Origin: Podarcis muralis | Lineage: Eukaryota | Reading direction: 5' to 3' | NCBI RefSeq assembly: GCF_964188315.1 | Contig: NC_135668.1 | Span: forward strand, 30,504,001 to 30,568,000 | Length of the DNA stretch: 64,000 nucleotides | In this document: positions 11,763 through 23,700 of the stretch, in pieces | Layout of the letters: each line of letters opens with the position of its first letter | How positions within the stretch are numbered: the stretch's first letter is position 1 | The notes under the pieces: model-generated | The model's database searches: none | Told to the model about the DNA's origin: nothing | Seen by the model: the letters and a program-made list of their open reading frames with translations, nothing else | Position numbers and translations under genes: made by a program

Positions 11763-14397
11763 AGGGAGAACTCAGCAGGGCTCACCAGGATGTCCAGGGC
11801 TGGAAAAAGCTCAGAAAGAGAGGTGGAGGGGAGGAAAAAGGCTGGGGGCAAACAGACTGTCCCCAACAGCTGGAGGACACAAGGACCCTTGCCTCCAACC
11901 ATGGCCACTCTCCCTGGAGAAGTTTGAGTCAGTCCTTCCACATGCAAGAAGACTCACTGTGCAGCCTGGGCTCATACATCGCAAAGACGAGGAATCCGTT
12001 TCCAGAGGAGGAGGAGGCATACAAGGAGACGCTGTACTCGTCGTTCTCTGTGAACTCGCCCTCTTCACTATTCGCAGAGCAGCTGAACTGGTCCAGGGCC
12101 TCCTCAGAGAGATGGCAGATGAGGTCACTGTTGAGACCAAGGAGGCTGCAAAACAGAGGAGAGAAGGAAGAAGGTCCTTCCTTGGGGTGGCCGCCCAGCA
12201 TGAAGCATGGCTGGGGGAATGTGGCCGGTCGCCATAAGAGGAAGGAGAGAATGCATATGGAGAGTAACTCCTATCACAACACTCACATACCTGAACTTCC
12301 TGACCGAAGTGTCTGACTGTGTGTCCGAAAGGGATGAAAGGAGGAAGGGACAGGGATTTGTTTCCATGCAACCTGAAAATCTAAAGGTGCACCTTGGAGA
12401 AATTAAGGTGCCACCAGGGAAGGGACTCAGACAAACCTCTGGGGGCTGGGATGGGCGTGGTATTGGGCAGCGCAGCCTTTGACTCTGGTTGTGCCTAGCA
12501 CCCTGGGCATTTTCTCCCAAGAAGATATACCCTGCTGTAGCTGTTGCTTTTTGCCCCTTGTGCTCCAGCCAAAGTCCTAGGAAGTCTGCTCTCTGGCTCC
12601 TGAAACCCATCAATCATCAACATCCCCTGGACTGTGCTGGCATCTCCTTTTCCCCACAGCTTGTAACCACAGATGAGAGATACACTGTCCAGGAACCCAG
12701 AGCCACCCTGCAAGAAACCTGGCTCCTGCCAGCCCTCAGTCACCCCAGCAGGCACCAGGGCTTGGTGTCCCTGCCCTTACTCAGAGAAATTGAGGTGGAA
12801 GGGTCCCTCTCCCAGGATCTCGTCACGGCGGTGCCATGTGCAATTCACCCTGCGGCCCTGCAGCCCATAATTGTTCAGGCATCGCACACTGTTGTTGGAG
12901 AGCCCTGCCAGGAGACAGAGAAAAGGGGGGAAGGGGTTCAGAAGCCAGCCGCACCCTCATCAGTTCAGCACCACTCCCGCCCTCCCTCCTGAAATTTGGC
13001 TTGTGTTTATTCCAATTGTGCCATTAGCTGGCACTGGGAAGAAGAGAAGAGGTTGCAGATGCTTTGGGGACGAGAATAAGAACACGAAGAGAGTCCTGCA
13101 GCTGGATGGAGCCAGTGGTTCATCTAGTTCAGCCTCTGGTTCTCACAGTGGCCAACTAAATGCTCCAAAGCGAAGAAGCCCATAAGCAGCACTCCTCCAA
13201 ACTGTGGTTTCCAGCAGCCGGCATTAAGAAGCATTCCTGCCTTGAGCAGAAGATGAAAGGAGCAATCTGCCCCTCTGGGTTTCTGGAGGAGAGACCTGAT
13301 TTGGGGATTTCAGTGGACAAGCTGCTATGCCCTTGTGTTTTCTTCTGCAACCTCCTGCTTTTCACTCGTGTCTGAGCATGCCCTGTCCACTACACTGGAT
13401 GAAGAAAAAGCCCCTTCTCAGAGAGAGGGTGTCAACTAGTACAGGGCTTGTGCTCAGCAGCTCATTCTGTTATTTTTAATTACTTTATTAAATCATCTTG
13501 ATGAATTTGTTTTGTCGTACGCTACTGTGTTTGATATTACAGTCAAACCTTGGTTCCTGAACACCTCCGTTATCGAACGTTTCGGCTCCCGAATGCCAAA
13601 AACCTGAAAGTAACTGCTCCGGTTTCAAACAAATTTTGGAAGCCAAACAGCTTCTGGGGAGTCCCCCCCCCCATTTTTCTCCATTGACTTTGCTGACTGC
13701 TCTTTGATCCTCAGTTGTCGAACATTTCAGAAGCTGAACTGTCTTCCGGAATGGATTATGTTCGACAACAGAGGTTTGACTGTACAGTGATTGCATTGTT
13801 TCTTATTTCTTAAAGCTACTGAGATTATTGAGAGTTGCTTTGAGCTCAACACGTGTGGTTGGAAAGGCGGAATACATATATTACATCAAAAATCTAAACA
13901 AATGTAGAAAGGGGACTCTGTAAAGAAAACAGCAAAGACCCTAGGGACCTTCCCCCTTCCTCAAAGGGTCCAAAGCCAGGAAAGAAGCCCAGAGATGGGT
14001 CTGGATATGTCTCCCTGCCCTACAATAGGGTGAACAGCAGCATTTTAATCTGGAAAATGGCCTGTTGAGGTGGAGAGTTAAAGACACTACCCCCTCCTTC
14101 AACGCTGCTTTTCTGGACAAAATTGAACCCCCTGCCTCCCACCCCAACTGCTTTTAAGTTAAACCCTAACACATTCACAAGCATTGAGAGCAGGAGATAT
14201 CCTGAGAGACCTTGTGGTGCCTCTTGGGCTCCACTCTGGTCACAGGTCCTCAGATGTACATCCCATTCTCTGTGGGTCCATTTGGTGGCCAAGAACCACT
14301 CCCCACCCCACCTACCTGTTTGCTGCATTTCCTCAGCCGCAAAGAGAGGGAAGAGGAGCACCTGCAACAGGCAGGTGGTCTGACAGCCTTCCCCCAT
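7413..14397 (-). CDS. IL9R: Interleukin-9 receptor alpha, 8 coding exons, 485 aa
   Basis: Exons: 14316-14397 (signal, MGEGCQTTCLLQVLLFPLFAAEE), 12781-12904 (CLNNYGLQGRRVNCTW), 11958-12145 (..YEPRLH), 11456-11604 (KCEPPFDLQSNMSS..ELAFKTTEAPWE), 10483-10660 (QAQNK..QWSPWS), 9839-9953 (TM), 9072-9156 (Box1 IPSPAAYFQPLY..GDFK), 7413-7949 (RWAG..SNDYCALG..stop). All GT-AG with compatible phases; 1458 nt total. The motifs match human IL9R as I recall it (DLQSNISS, ELAFKKQEEAWEQAQHR, NNNNYCALG). Confidence 0.9.
8170..8660 (+). mobile_element. L2-clade LINE 3' fragment
   Basis: Degenerate RT C-terminal text (ctacaactaatccagaatgcagcagctagactggtgact; caaagtgttgatgctgacctttaaagctcta) typical of squamate L2 3' ends. 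Boundaries approximate. Confidence 0.6.
8716..8761. repeat. (TTA)n microsatellite
   Basis: About 15 perfect TTA units. Confidence 0.95.
10724..11078 (-). mobile_element. Full-length Sauria SINE flanked by a 97-bp direct repeat
   Basis: tRNA-like head with A box and B box (GGTTCGAATCC) on the minus strand, (ACCTTT)n tail at 10724. Flanks 10627-10723 and 11079-11175 are identical at 93/97 nt. Confidence 0.92.
11717..11761. repeat. (GCT)n trinucleotide repeat in an IL9R intron
   Basis: About 15 perfect GCT units between the D1b and D2a exons. Confidence 0.95.
13540..13782. mobile_element. Tc1/mariner (Tigger-like) MITE
   Basis: TIRs CAGTCAAACCT / AGGTTTGACTG with TA on both sides. Confidence 0.85.
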
Positions 14398-14784
14398 GGC
14401 CAGAAGGACTCCTAGAAAACAGAAGGACAGAAGGGGCCCTGTCAAGCCACTGCTAAGCCAGATCCTCTCCCTGCAGATGGAAAGTGACTTCCGATGGCGA
14501 GGCACTAAGGACTCTCTGTGGCAATGGGGCCAGGAAGCTCATTCTGCACATGGCATGCCAAGCCCCAGGGAGGGAAACAGGATGGATTCAGAAGAGCTGT
14601 TTCAACTGCCTCTTTACCACGGAAGACTGTTGCTGCTGTGTGTTATGCAGGACAGTGGTGAACGTGGGGGGGATGCAGACCCCCCTCCTTATAGAACATT
14701 CCTTAACAGCTACAGCCATCGCAGTTATTATGGGGACTTGCTGTATATCTACATCTATCTATATTATATAATTGATATAAGATA

Positions 14785-14952
14785 CCGTATTTTTCTGTGT
14801 ATACGATGCCCCCATGTATAAGACACCCTCAACTTTTGGGGACTTCAAATTTAGAAAATGGGCACATGCACTATCCATGTATAAGATGCCCCCAGATTTT
14901 TAACCTTATTTTAAAGTAAAAAAAACCTAGTCTTACACACAGAAAAGTACAG
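14785..14952. mobile_element. Tc1/mariner MITE
   Basis: Imperfect TIRs CCGTATTTTTCTGTGTATA / TACACACAGAAAAGTACAG, flanked by TA. Confidence 0.75.
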
Positions 14953-16223
14953 TAATTATATCTATATGTTATAATTGCATCTCTATCTGCCCTGCAACAG
15001 AGCCTCAAAAGGACCCAAAGGACTCCCAATAATTTGGAGGGGGGGAATTCTTATACCACCCGGGCTGAAATCTCATGGATGCTTACATGAAAGGAAGCCC
15101 CATTGATCACAACTATTATATGAATTATAAATTATGTCTGCCCTCCTCTGTGCCTTGACCAGACCCCATGTGACTCTTACCCGGAGCTCCTTTGGGGTCT
15201 CTCTCTCTGGATGGATTTCGTGGGAGGCAGAAAAGCAGTTCCGAAAGCAATGGAAAGAATCTGTGGCTGCAGATGGACTCTGTGGCTCTTCTTCTCCTGG
15301 AGCTGCTCCAGTGGCAATTTGCTCCGTCTTGGCCCCTGGGCTGATTAGAAAGAACAGTTTGTTTACCAGGCAGGAGGAGGTCTCTTTTCTATTGAGGCAG
15401 ATGTTGGCGATAAGTTTGGCAGGCTATGGAGATTGTCTCTAAGATTGTCAAACCGAATTTGAGGGGTTTTGAGGCATTAACCCTGTGGGTCCCCAGGCAT
15501 GAGCCATGTGCCTGAAACCTGCCTGAACCTTGTTTTTTGCGCTACATTTTTGCTACCTCATGTAAGGAGGTTGTGGAGACACCTGTGCTTCTGATCCCAA
15601 AACAGGGTTGGCCCAACCATTAAGCAAACTGAGGCAATTGCCTCAGGTGGCAGATGCTGGGGTGGGGCAGCAGCCCCTACATTTTCATCTAAAGCCCTCC
15701 TCCCTCCTCCAAGCCGTTCCCCTGTTGCTGCGTGATCTGTCCAGAAAATTGGATCTGGTCTGCTGTGTCAAGTATGGTGTGGACGGCTGAATTAAGAGTC
15801 AGCTGCCAGTCCAGTCGTCTTCTGTACATGGGATGGGGTGTGTGTGTCCCATCTTTCCTTCTTTGCCACAGGCAGGCAGTTGAATATATTGGGGCGGTCG
15901 TGCCCACAGAGGAAGGTTGTCTCCCTGGAGAAAGGAGGGAGCCATCCAGAGCCATCCTTGCAGCCTGGAAAGGGAGAAAGAGCACCAGTGAAGACTCCAG
16001 AACTCAGTTGTATAGCTGCAAATATAATGTTTTAAGTGTATTTGAAGTGCATTATACACATTGTACACTAGATGGCGATGGTGAGCTTATGGCAGATTCA
16101 ATATATTTTTCAAAACGCTTTTTTAAAAAAGCATTTTCACTGTGGTTTTTTTAAAAATGTGTCTAAATTCCACCCAGTCAGGTGGAAAAGAAGTAGCCCA
16201 AAGGGGTTGTGGCCAGGCAAAGG

Positions 16224-16284
16224 GGCTCTCAGGGAAGGAAGGAAGGAAGGAAGGAAGGAAGGAAGGAAGGAAGGAAGGAAGGAA
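16224..16284. repeat. (GAAG)n microsatellite
   Basis: About 15 tandem GAAG units. Confidence 0.95.
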
Positions 16285-17609
16285 AGCTCACAGACAGACA
16301 GCTGAAGCTGCGCAACTGCAACTGTTGAACTGGCAAGTGCAGCTGCCTGGGCATCCTCTTGTCCTGCAGGGACCCTGCGCTTTTGCAGCACACACACAAG
16401 GTTCCCTGTCAGGCTGCCCTGTTAAATCAACTCTTCCTTGTTAGCTATAGGTCCATGGGGTGACCAGAACCCAACAGGGACTACTTCCCCTGAAATGCCT
16501 GCAGCCCAGATGCCCTGGCAGGGATACCGGTTTGCAAATCCACCCCACTCTCTTCTGGAGCAGAGCCCAGCAGTGTCCAGCTCCTCTGCTCCAGACATCC
16601 ATAGCAGTTTCAAGCAGGATGCGCCTCTTGCATCCTCCCAAGGCAGGAGAGTCTTTCAGGATGAAGAAAGATGACCTTGGGTGTATGCCAGGGAGGGAGG
16701 TGTTGCGGCAGGAAAGGGCCCCTGCCTTTTCTCTGGCAACAGGGGTGGGGAGGCTGCGTCAGGTGGCCTCCACTGACAAGTGTTAGTCCAGGTCAGTGGG
16801 GGATGCCAGGCAGCTTGAGGCAAGGTACATGGCTGTGGACATCAGTCCCCGGTGAAAGGATCCCGCTCTGTCAGCCCGGGAAAGGCCAGTGCAGCAGAAG
16901 CTGCAGCCCAGCTCAGCAGCAGGGGATTTCTTGACTGCTTCTGCCTCCTGGAGGAACTTTAAGCCCAGGCAGCCAAGCCCTTCGGAGGGGAAAGAAGATG
17001 GCCAGCAGAGGGAGAGTGGAAATTATGTTGTGGTTGGGGGGGGGGGGGGCAAGAGATGCCTGGAAGCAGCTGGGCTCACTGGGCCACTCCAGGGCACACA
17101 GGAAAAGCTTGCTCCAGTGGTCCCTTCGCTTTGGAACTGCCTTCCGGACTATATTGTCTTGAAGGTCTCCCTGGGCAACAGGCATCTGAAGGGGCTCCAG
17201 GGGGGAGGCTGCTGGGACCATCTAGGGGCCTCAGCTTTCTCCACCTGCCTTGCCCCACCCCTTTGCCTGGGACACTTTTAAAGTGAAGGTGCTGCTTGGG
17301 CATTTTTGTCTTAACTTTTTTTGTAGGAACACTAACGTGTTTGCTTCGTAATACTGTTGGAATGTTTTGAATGTGTATAATTTTGAGGCATGTTCGCAAC
17401 CCGCAGCGCTACGTCTGCGCACGTGCATGACACAATTTGGTGCTCCTGTGCATGTGCAAAGAACGATGTGCAAAGCCCACAAGTAACCCATTCCAGTACT
17501 TCTGGGTTTGGTGCGGTCCGTACCCCAAAAATGCGCAACCCGCAGCGTTTGCAACCCGAGATATGACTGTATCTGCTAATTCTTGGGAGCCTTTCTGGCT
17601 AAAAGGTGG

Positions 17610-18083
17610 ATGTCAGGGAACTGCCATCAGTACCGGAGGGAGAGAGCAAAAGCCAGAGGGATTATAGAGAGCCTCCAGGGATCGGGAGGAGCAGCTCATC
17701 TTCTGGGGAAGAGAATAAAAGCAGCTCCAGTGAAGAGGGGGTGCAGGAGTCGCAAGTGGCGAGGCGGTCCCATGACTCCTTGCCTGGGACAAGCGGGGAG
17801 GGAAGGGGTCCTCTGCTGCCCACGCCCTCTCTGCGCAGAAGGCTTTTGCGCAGAGAGGGAAGGCGGAGACTGGGCATCAAGGAGCTTCTTTGCTGGAAGA
17901 AGTTTAAGAAACGCCCACTCACGGATTCTGCCAGCGATTGAGACAGCCCCGGGTGAGTGGCTCTCTGGACAGATAAAGTTTACATTAGCAGCCACCCAGG
18001 GAGGGATTTGCCTGCTTGCGCACGAGCAACCCCCATGGAAACCTAACAGTGGCATATAAATAAACAGTAACATAAAGTAACAA
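17610..18083 (+). mobile_element. Possible solo LTR
   Basis: Starts TGTCAGGGAACTGCC, GC-rich body, TATAAATAAA near the end, ends in CA. No TSD found, so boundaries and class are uncertain. Confidence 0.3.
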
Positions 18084-18774
18084 GGGGGGATTCTTGTTCC
18101 AGCCTGCATCTGTCCTGGGTTTGAAATAGTTTTTTTATATGCCATGATTGTTAAAGCGCTTTGGCACGTTTCCCAGAAAGAGGTTCTTGAATGAAACAAA
18201 GAAATGAAGTTTATCACCAAGTTAAATGTTGAGTATAATTGTTTAATTGCAGAATGAAATGGAGAATGTCTGCATGTATATTGCTAAGGGTTTAACGCTG
18301 GAAAATTTCATTGGGGCATGCTAAAGCTCTCTAAGCTTCTAGCTAGGTTAATGATTAAAGTTGATGCTCTCTGCCCTTTTCATGTGTTTAACCTTAGACC
18401 ACATGTTTATAGTATTCAATTGCAAATCTCCATTTTGAAGGGAGCTGCCTTTGGTTTTTTATTTCCCAGGAATAGTGGAAGAAAGATGTGCAAATAAGTC
18501 TTCCCATGAGATACAGCTCCAGGCTAATGGCGACTGTAGGGAGAGACCTTTGATTCTGGGTCTCTTTAGAGTCATATTTCTAAGATATTGAGCCTATGCT
18601 TGGACAAGTCTTACGGAATTATTTGGAGTTATCATTTGTTTTTGTACTGTACCAGTTCTGAAGAAGTTCTGGTTAGTAAAGCTCTGAATCATATTTATGG
18701 GTCTGGACAATTTTTATTCCGAAAGGAGTCAGCTTTTATGCATCCAATTGTTACAAGCTACGCAATATTAATAT

Positions 18775-19004
18775 GTCAAAACAAAAAAATTCCTTCCAGT
18801 AGCACCTTAAAGACCAACTAAGTTAGTTCTTGGTATGAGCTTTCGTGTGCATGCACACTTCTTCAGATACACATCTGAAGAATGTGTATTTGAAGAAGTG
18901 TGCATGCACACGAAAGCTCATACCAAGAACTAACTTAGTTGGTCTTTAAGGTGCTACTGGAAGGAATTTTTTTGTTTTGACTATGGCAGACCAACACGGC
19001 TACC
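18775..19004. mobile_element. Penelope-like element pLTR remnants in inverted arrangement (100-bp-arm palindrome)
   Basis: Arms 18775-18874 and 18882-18981 are reverse complements with one mismatch and a 7-nt loop. The right arm continues ..GACTATGGCAGACCAACACGGCTACC. The text resembles reptile Penelope/Neptune pLTRs. Confidence 0.75.
18833..18870 (-). ncRNA. Minimal type I hammerhead ribozyme motif
   Basis: Minus strand reads GUAU-CUGAAGA-A-GUGUGC-AU-GCACAC-GAAA-GCUC-AUAC: stem I GUAU/AUAC, core CUGANGA, stem II, GAAA, palindromic minimal stem III and a CUC cleavage triplet. Confidence 0.7.
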
Positions 19005-19234
19005 TATCTGTAACTGGAAATATTAATATGTGCAATGGTAACCCCTCCACCCTATCCCAGACCCACCAGCTGATTTTCAGTTTCCAATTCAGGCTTGGAC
19101 TTCCCTTTGTGGAGGAAACTCTGTCCTCCCTGTCTCCTTTTTCTCCCCTTTTGCCTTGGCCTTCACTCCCCCAAGCAATGGCCATGCACACGCTCCACTA
19201 GTCACACAAATCACCACAACTGTGATAGACCTTC

Positions 19235-19240
19235 TTTATT
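19235..19240 (-). terminator. Probable IL21R polyadenylation signal
   Basis: AATAAA on the minus strand about 640 nt downstream of the IL21R stop. Confidence 0.5.
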
Positions 19241-19875
19241 AATTGCTATACAACAAATGCCAACATAATTGGTCCCTGCCCAGGGCTCACAGCCTGAAGT
19301 GTGGTGGCCCCAAAAAAGAGGAGGGAAGGATAAGGAAAGAGGGAGGGGGAAGGTTGGGGGTCCTCTGGGGCTCTTCATGGAGCGAAGCTGCTGCTGCTGC
19401 GAGTCCAGCTTTGGTGGGGGGCCTCCTCCTGATTGATGCTGGCCTTGAAGAGTACAATTTTCTCCCCACCATAGGGGTGGAGCAAATGTGATGTGCATGT
19501 CTCCCTCTCTCTGCCCAGCTCACCCCACCCCACCCATGTGCACCCCCTGTGGCTTGGAACTTGAAGTCTGCTTTGTAGTTGACACTCCCAACTTCATCCA
19601 AAGATTTCACAGCCTTTGTAAAAATATTAACTTTTGTAAGCAAAAAGAGGAATTTGCCAAGGAGGGGAAAAACAGCTTCCAGTCCTGGGGTGGGTGGGTC
19701 TCCCGGCGCAAAGGAGGAGGTGTCTGGTAGTGGCAGCAAAGGCTTCCCTGCTTATGTCTCTCTTATGCAGGAGAAAGCTGAGCGTCCAAGCAAGACCCAT
19801 AGATCTTTGCAAGGTGTGAAGGAGCTTCACAGTGGCCTCGACAGGTGCTCAGCTCCTGCTTCCCCCTCTGTGCTT

Positions 19876-20736
19876 TTAACTGGGCTGCGCTCTGTTGTGA
19901 CAGGAGGAGACCCATTGCTTGACGTAGCTGGGCAGGAGCTCTTCCCCTGTCTCTCCGCTTTCCACACTGAGGGGTTCAGACCCACAGCCTGTCGGCCTCC
20001 TCTCGAACTCAGAGTCCACAGGGCTCCCACAGTCACACTCTGCAAAGCCACTGTCAATGGTATCCAGATCCAGGCCATTGGCAAGGAGGTCCCCATCTGC
20101 ATCCAAGTCAGGAGAGAGCAGGTCTCGGTAGGAAGCTATGTCCTCCTCCTCTGGAGACAAGAGGCCTTCCAGGGTCCAGGGCTCAGGAGGCGAACCAAAA
20201 AAGTCCACCTCCTTCCCAGACCTTTTTCTGCCCAGGGAGCCGCCAGCTTGCGAGAAAGGAGTAAGAGTCTCGAGGAGAGGGTCTCCTGACCAGGACTCCA
20301 AGGCAGACAAGAAAGCCTTCCTCTGGGCTGCTGCTGGTGGGACCATGTCCACCAGGAGCAGATTCTCAGAGATCTGGCCCTCATTGAGGAGGATGCCCTG
20401 GTAGGCATCACTTTCGTCCTGGCCCTCCTCCAGAGCACAGCATGCTGGGCCCCCCTTGCACCGCAGGCAGCAGGCGGTAAACTCTCCAGCCACAGTGACG
20501 GTGTCAATGGAGAGGTGGCCGTAGGCCTGATCATGGGTGGCATCCTGGCTCCCAGGCAGGTGGGAAGCAAATGTAGCAGGGGAGGGTGCATGGCCTCCAC
20601 TCTGCTGCTCCTTGGCAGGGCTGGGGGGAAGGGGCTTTTGGCCCATCCCAAACACATCCAGCAGGGCTGTGCTCCATTCAAAGTTGTCCAGCATGGCTCC
20701 AGGGCAGGAGATGCCGCTGCCCACCCACTTCTGCAC

Positions 20737-20785
<49 letters not shown>

Positions 20786-23700
20786 GTCAGCAGGCCGTGG
20801 CCAGAGAAACAGCAGGTGTGGGCCTTTTTTTAACCATCTGGGGAATGGAAGGAATTGCATACCTTCAGAAGGACATATCCCAGGAGAGGAGCTCCTTCCT
20901 CCAGCCCAGACTGTGCAACAAAGTGCCCACTTATCAGCTACTCCATCATCTCCTATCATCCTTCTGTGCAAAGAGGAAACTCCTCCCCCACCTGTAATGC
21001 ACCTGGTGGCTGCAAGAGGCTATGTGCTTTCCACAGGACTCTGCCCAGAGCTCACTTTTTCAGAGAGGATCCTGCCCCATAGGGATGGGAATTGGGGTGA
21101 GAGAGAAGCAGGCAGAGCCCCTGCTGTGGGGAGGGGGACATGGAGAAAGCCTGGGGTGGGGGAGAAGGCCTTGTGTCAAGAGGAGACCCCCACCCCTCCA
21201 CCAAGTCCCCAACTTCTCTGCAGAATATTAGGCAGCCTGATGTCCTCCCTCCCACCGATCATGCCTTAAGGCTCCTGGCACTTGAGGCAGGACCCCCCAC
21301 CCCCAAACACACACATACAGGAACTTTCTGCCTTGGGTGATGCCCGGAGGATCCGTAGGTGCCTGTGGGTCAATTCAAACAGCCACTCCAACACCCTCCC
21401 CTGCCCCTCCTGTCTGGTGGGTAGGAGTCGCTTGTACCTTGAAATCTCCATTGTGGATCAGGTAGAGGGGCTGGAAAAAGGGGGCCGGGCTGGGGATGAA
21501 GATGTCCAGCTTCTTCCACAACCTGTCAGAGGGAAAGAAGAGCTGGAGGCCTTTTGTGGGGAATGCCCAAACTTCATTCCACCGACTACCCACGGGAGGG
21601 ACTAGGAGCATGGCCAGGCCTTGAGGCACTGGCGTCTCAGGCTTGCTGCCCGGCAACTGCCTTGTCCAAGGAACCTCATGGCTTCCCTTTCTAGGGAACT
21701 CAGCCACCCACTGCCACAAGCAAGCAAGCCCGTGGCTGGTGCTCTGCAGACTGAGGGAAAGAGGGAGTGGGCTTGGTGGACTTACCTGAGCACGGCTTCT
21801 TAGGAGGTGATGCCTCCCCCACTCACCATTTCCTTTCTCTGTGTAGGGTAGGTCATCCAGCTGGGAAGTGGGCAGCCTGAGGCCAACCAGAAGCTCTCAG
21901 CAGCCCCGCCACCCCAACATCCAGCATCCAACTCCCACACTCACCTTTGGTGCTGCCAGCCCAGGAAGACCACGAGAGCAACCAATGGGCTGAGCACCAG
22001 CAGGAACCACAAGGACCACTTGTCTCCTGGCCTGTCCTCCACGGCTGAGGAAGGAAACCAGTAATATCAGTTACTTTCCTTGGTAGCTCCACTGGGGGTT
22101 GCCAGGCTGGGCTGGGCTCTGGGGCTCAGTCAGGATGAGTTTCCCTGGGATCACGGCCAGAGCTCCCTCCTAGGGCAGCAGAGTAGCAGGAGGGGGTCTA
22201 CTTCTTGACAGGAATGAAGAGAGGCTGCTCCTCTGATCTGCCATGGATTCATGGTCTCAAAGGTGCAGAAGGCCCCCCTGGACTGGGAGAGGGGCTTATG
22301 AATGGCCTTTGAAGGGAAGGTTCAGCCCTCCTTGTATGGGCAGAGGCCAAGACCCCCTCGTGAGGAGGGAGGGGGGACTCACCCCTCGGCAGCGTCCTCA
22401 AGGTCGTCTTGGGGCTCCAGTCGCTCCAAGCGCCCTGGTATGAGGAGTCTTCCCTTGGCTTCACCCGAACCTGGAGTTCGTAGTCTGTGTCCCCTTCGAA
22501 CTCCTGGGGGAGCCACAGGGTCTCGGTGTACTGCAGAAGATGGTTGTGTCCCTGCAGGAAAGGGAAGAAGCCAAAGGGCTGGGAGGAATTCTGGGAAACG
22601 CTCCCTACCTCTGCCACCTTCATAGCAATTCAGAGGAGTTACTCAAATGATCCTGAAAGAGCCCCATGACTTCCCAGTGCCCCTGAAGCCCAAGTCTAAA
22701 GAAGCACTAAGAAACTTTGGGACTGAGCGCCAGGCTGGCCAGCCAGCCATTGACGGCCTGACCAGGCAAATGGTGCCCGCTGCCAACCAGCTCAGGCTGG
22801 CCCTTGCCTCCTGGCTTACCTGCCATGGATGTCCCCTCTGCCGGTAGCGCAACTCATACTGCAGCTCCGTGTCCAGGTAGAAGTACTCATCTTGCTGGTA
22901 CATGGTGTTCCAGGAGAGGTTGTAGCCCTCAGGGGAGACAATAGCCCTTAGGCTGAACGGCGGGGACGGCTTAACTGGGGAAAGAGTCAAGGTGGGCTCC
23001 TGAGGGCATCTGGCTGACAGGACTTGGTCCCCACCCACTGGGTGAAGCAGCAGTGACACCCCCAAATCCCCAGGGTGTAGTTGTGGGGGGGAAGCCCCTG
23101 CAGGGCACGACAGAGGGATGTCCCTCCAGCCTCCAAGTGGAGCAAGGTGAAAGCATCTGGGGCTGCTGGGGTTGAATGAAAGGCAGTGGGTTATTCATTC
23201 ATATTCATTCATTGAATACACCGCCCTTCATCCGAAGATTCCAGGGCAGTTTACAACAGAAAAATACATAATGGTGGCGTGGCATGGGTGGGTGGATGGA
23301 GAATAACCCCGTCAAAACATTTAAAAGGCCCCAGGTTGTTTAATCAGCCCAAAGTTAGCTGGCTGTAGGAGCTTGAAAACTCCTTGCCTTCAGCCTTGTA
23401 AATAAACCCAAATCTCAAAAAATGACACCACCACACCCGTAAGTGAGGAAGGGTCTCTGAGCCCGGCTGCAAGAAGCTCCTTTCTCCCTGCGCACGCCAG
23501 CAGCCCCTGCGTGTGTCCTCCTCCCCCCAGTCCCATTCACGTGTCCAGACATGCACAGACATGGACCACCCCTTGGGGCTTGGGGGCTACCCACTTACCC
23601 CTGCCCCATACTTACAGTGTTCTTGGAAGACAAACTCGTTCTTACACACTTGCCGTTGCTCATCCCCCAGCTTCACGACCACCTCAAAGTTGTTGTTCCC

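Noticed and set aside
11444-12316. 290-aa plus-strand ORF with poly-Ala
   Set aside because: Antisense shadow of two IL9R exons plus the (GCT)n repeat.
19579-20289. 236-aa plus-strand ORF (likewise 39144-39827)
   Set aside because: Antisense to the IL21R and IL4R terminal exons; no independent coding signal.
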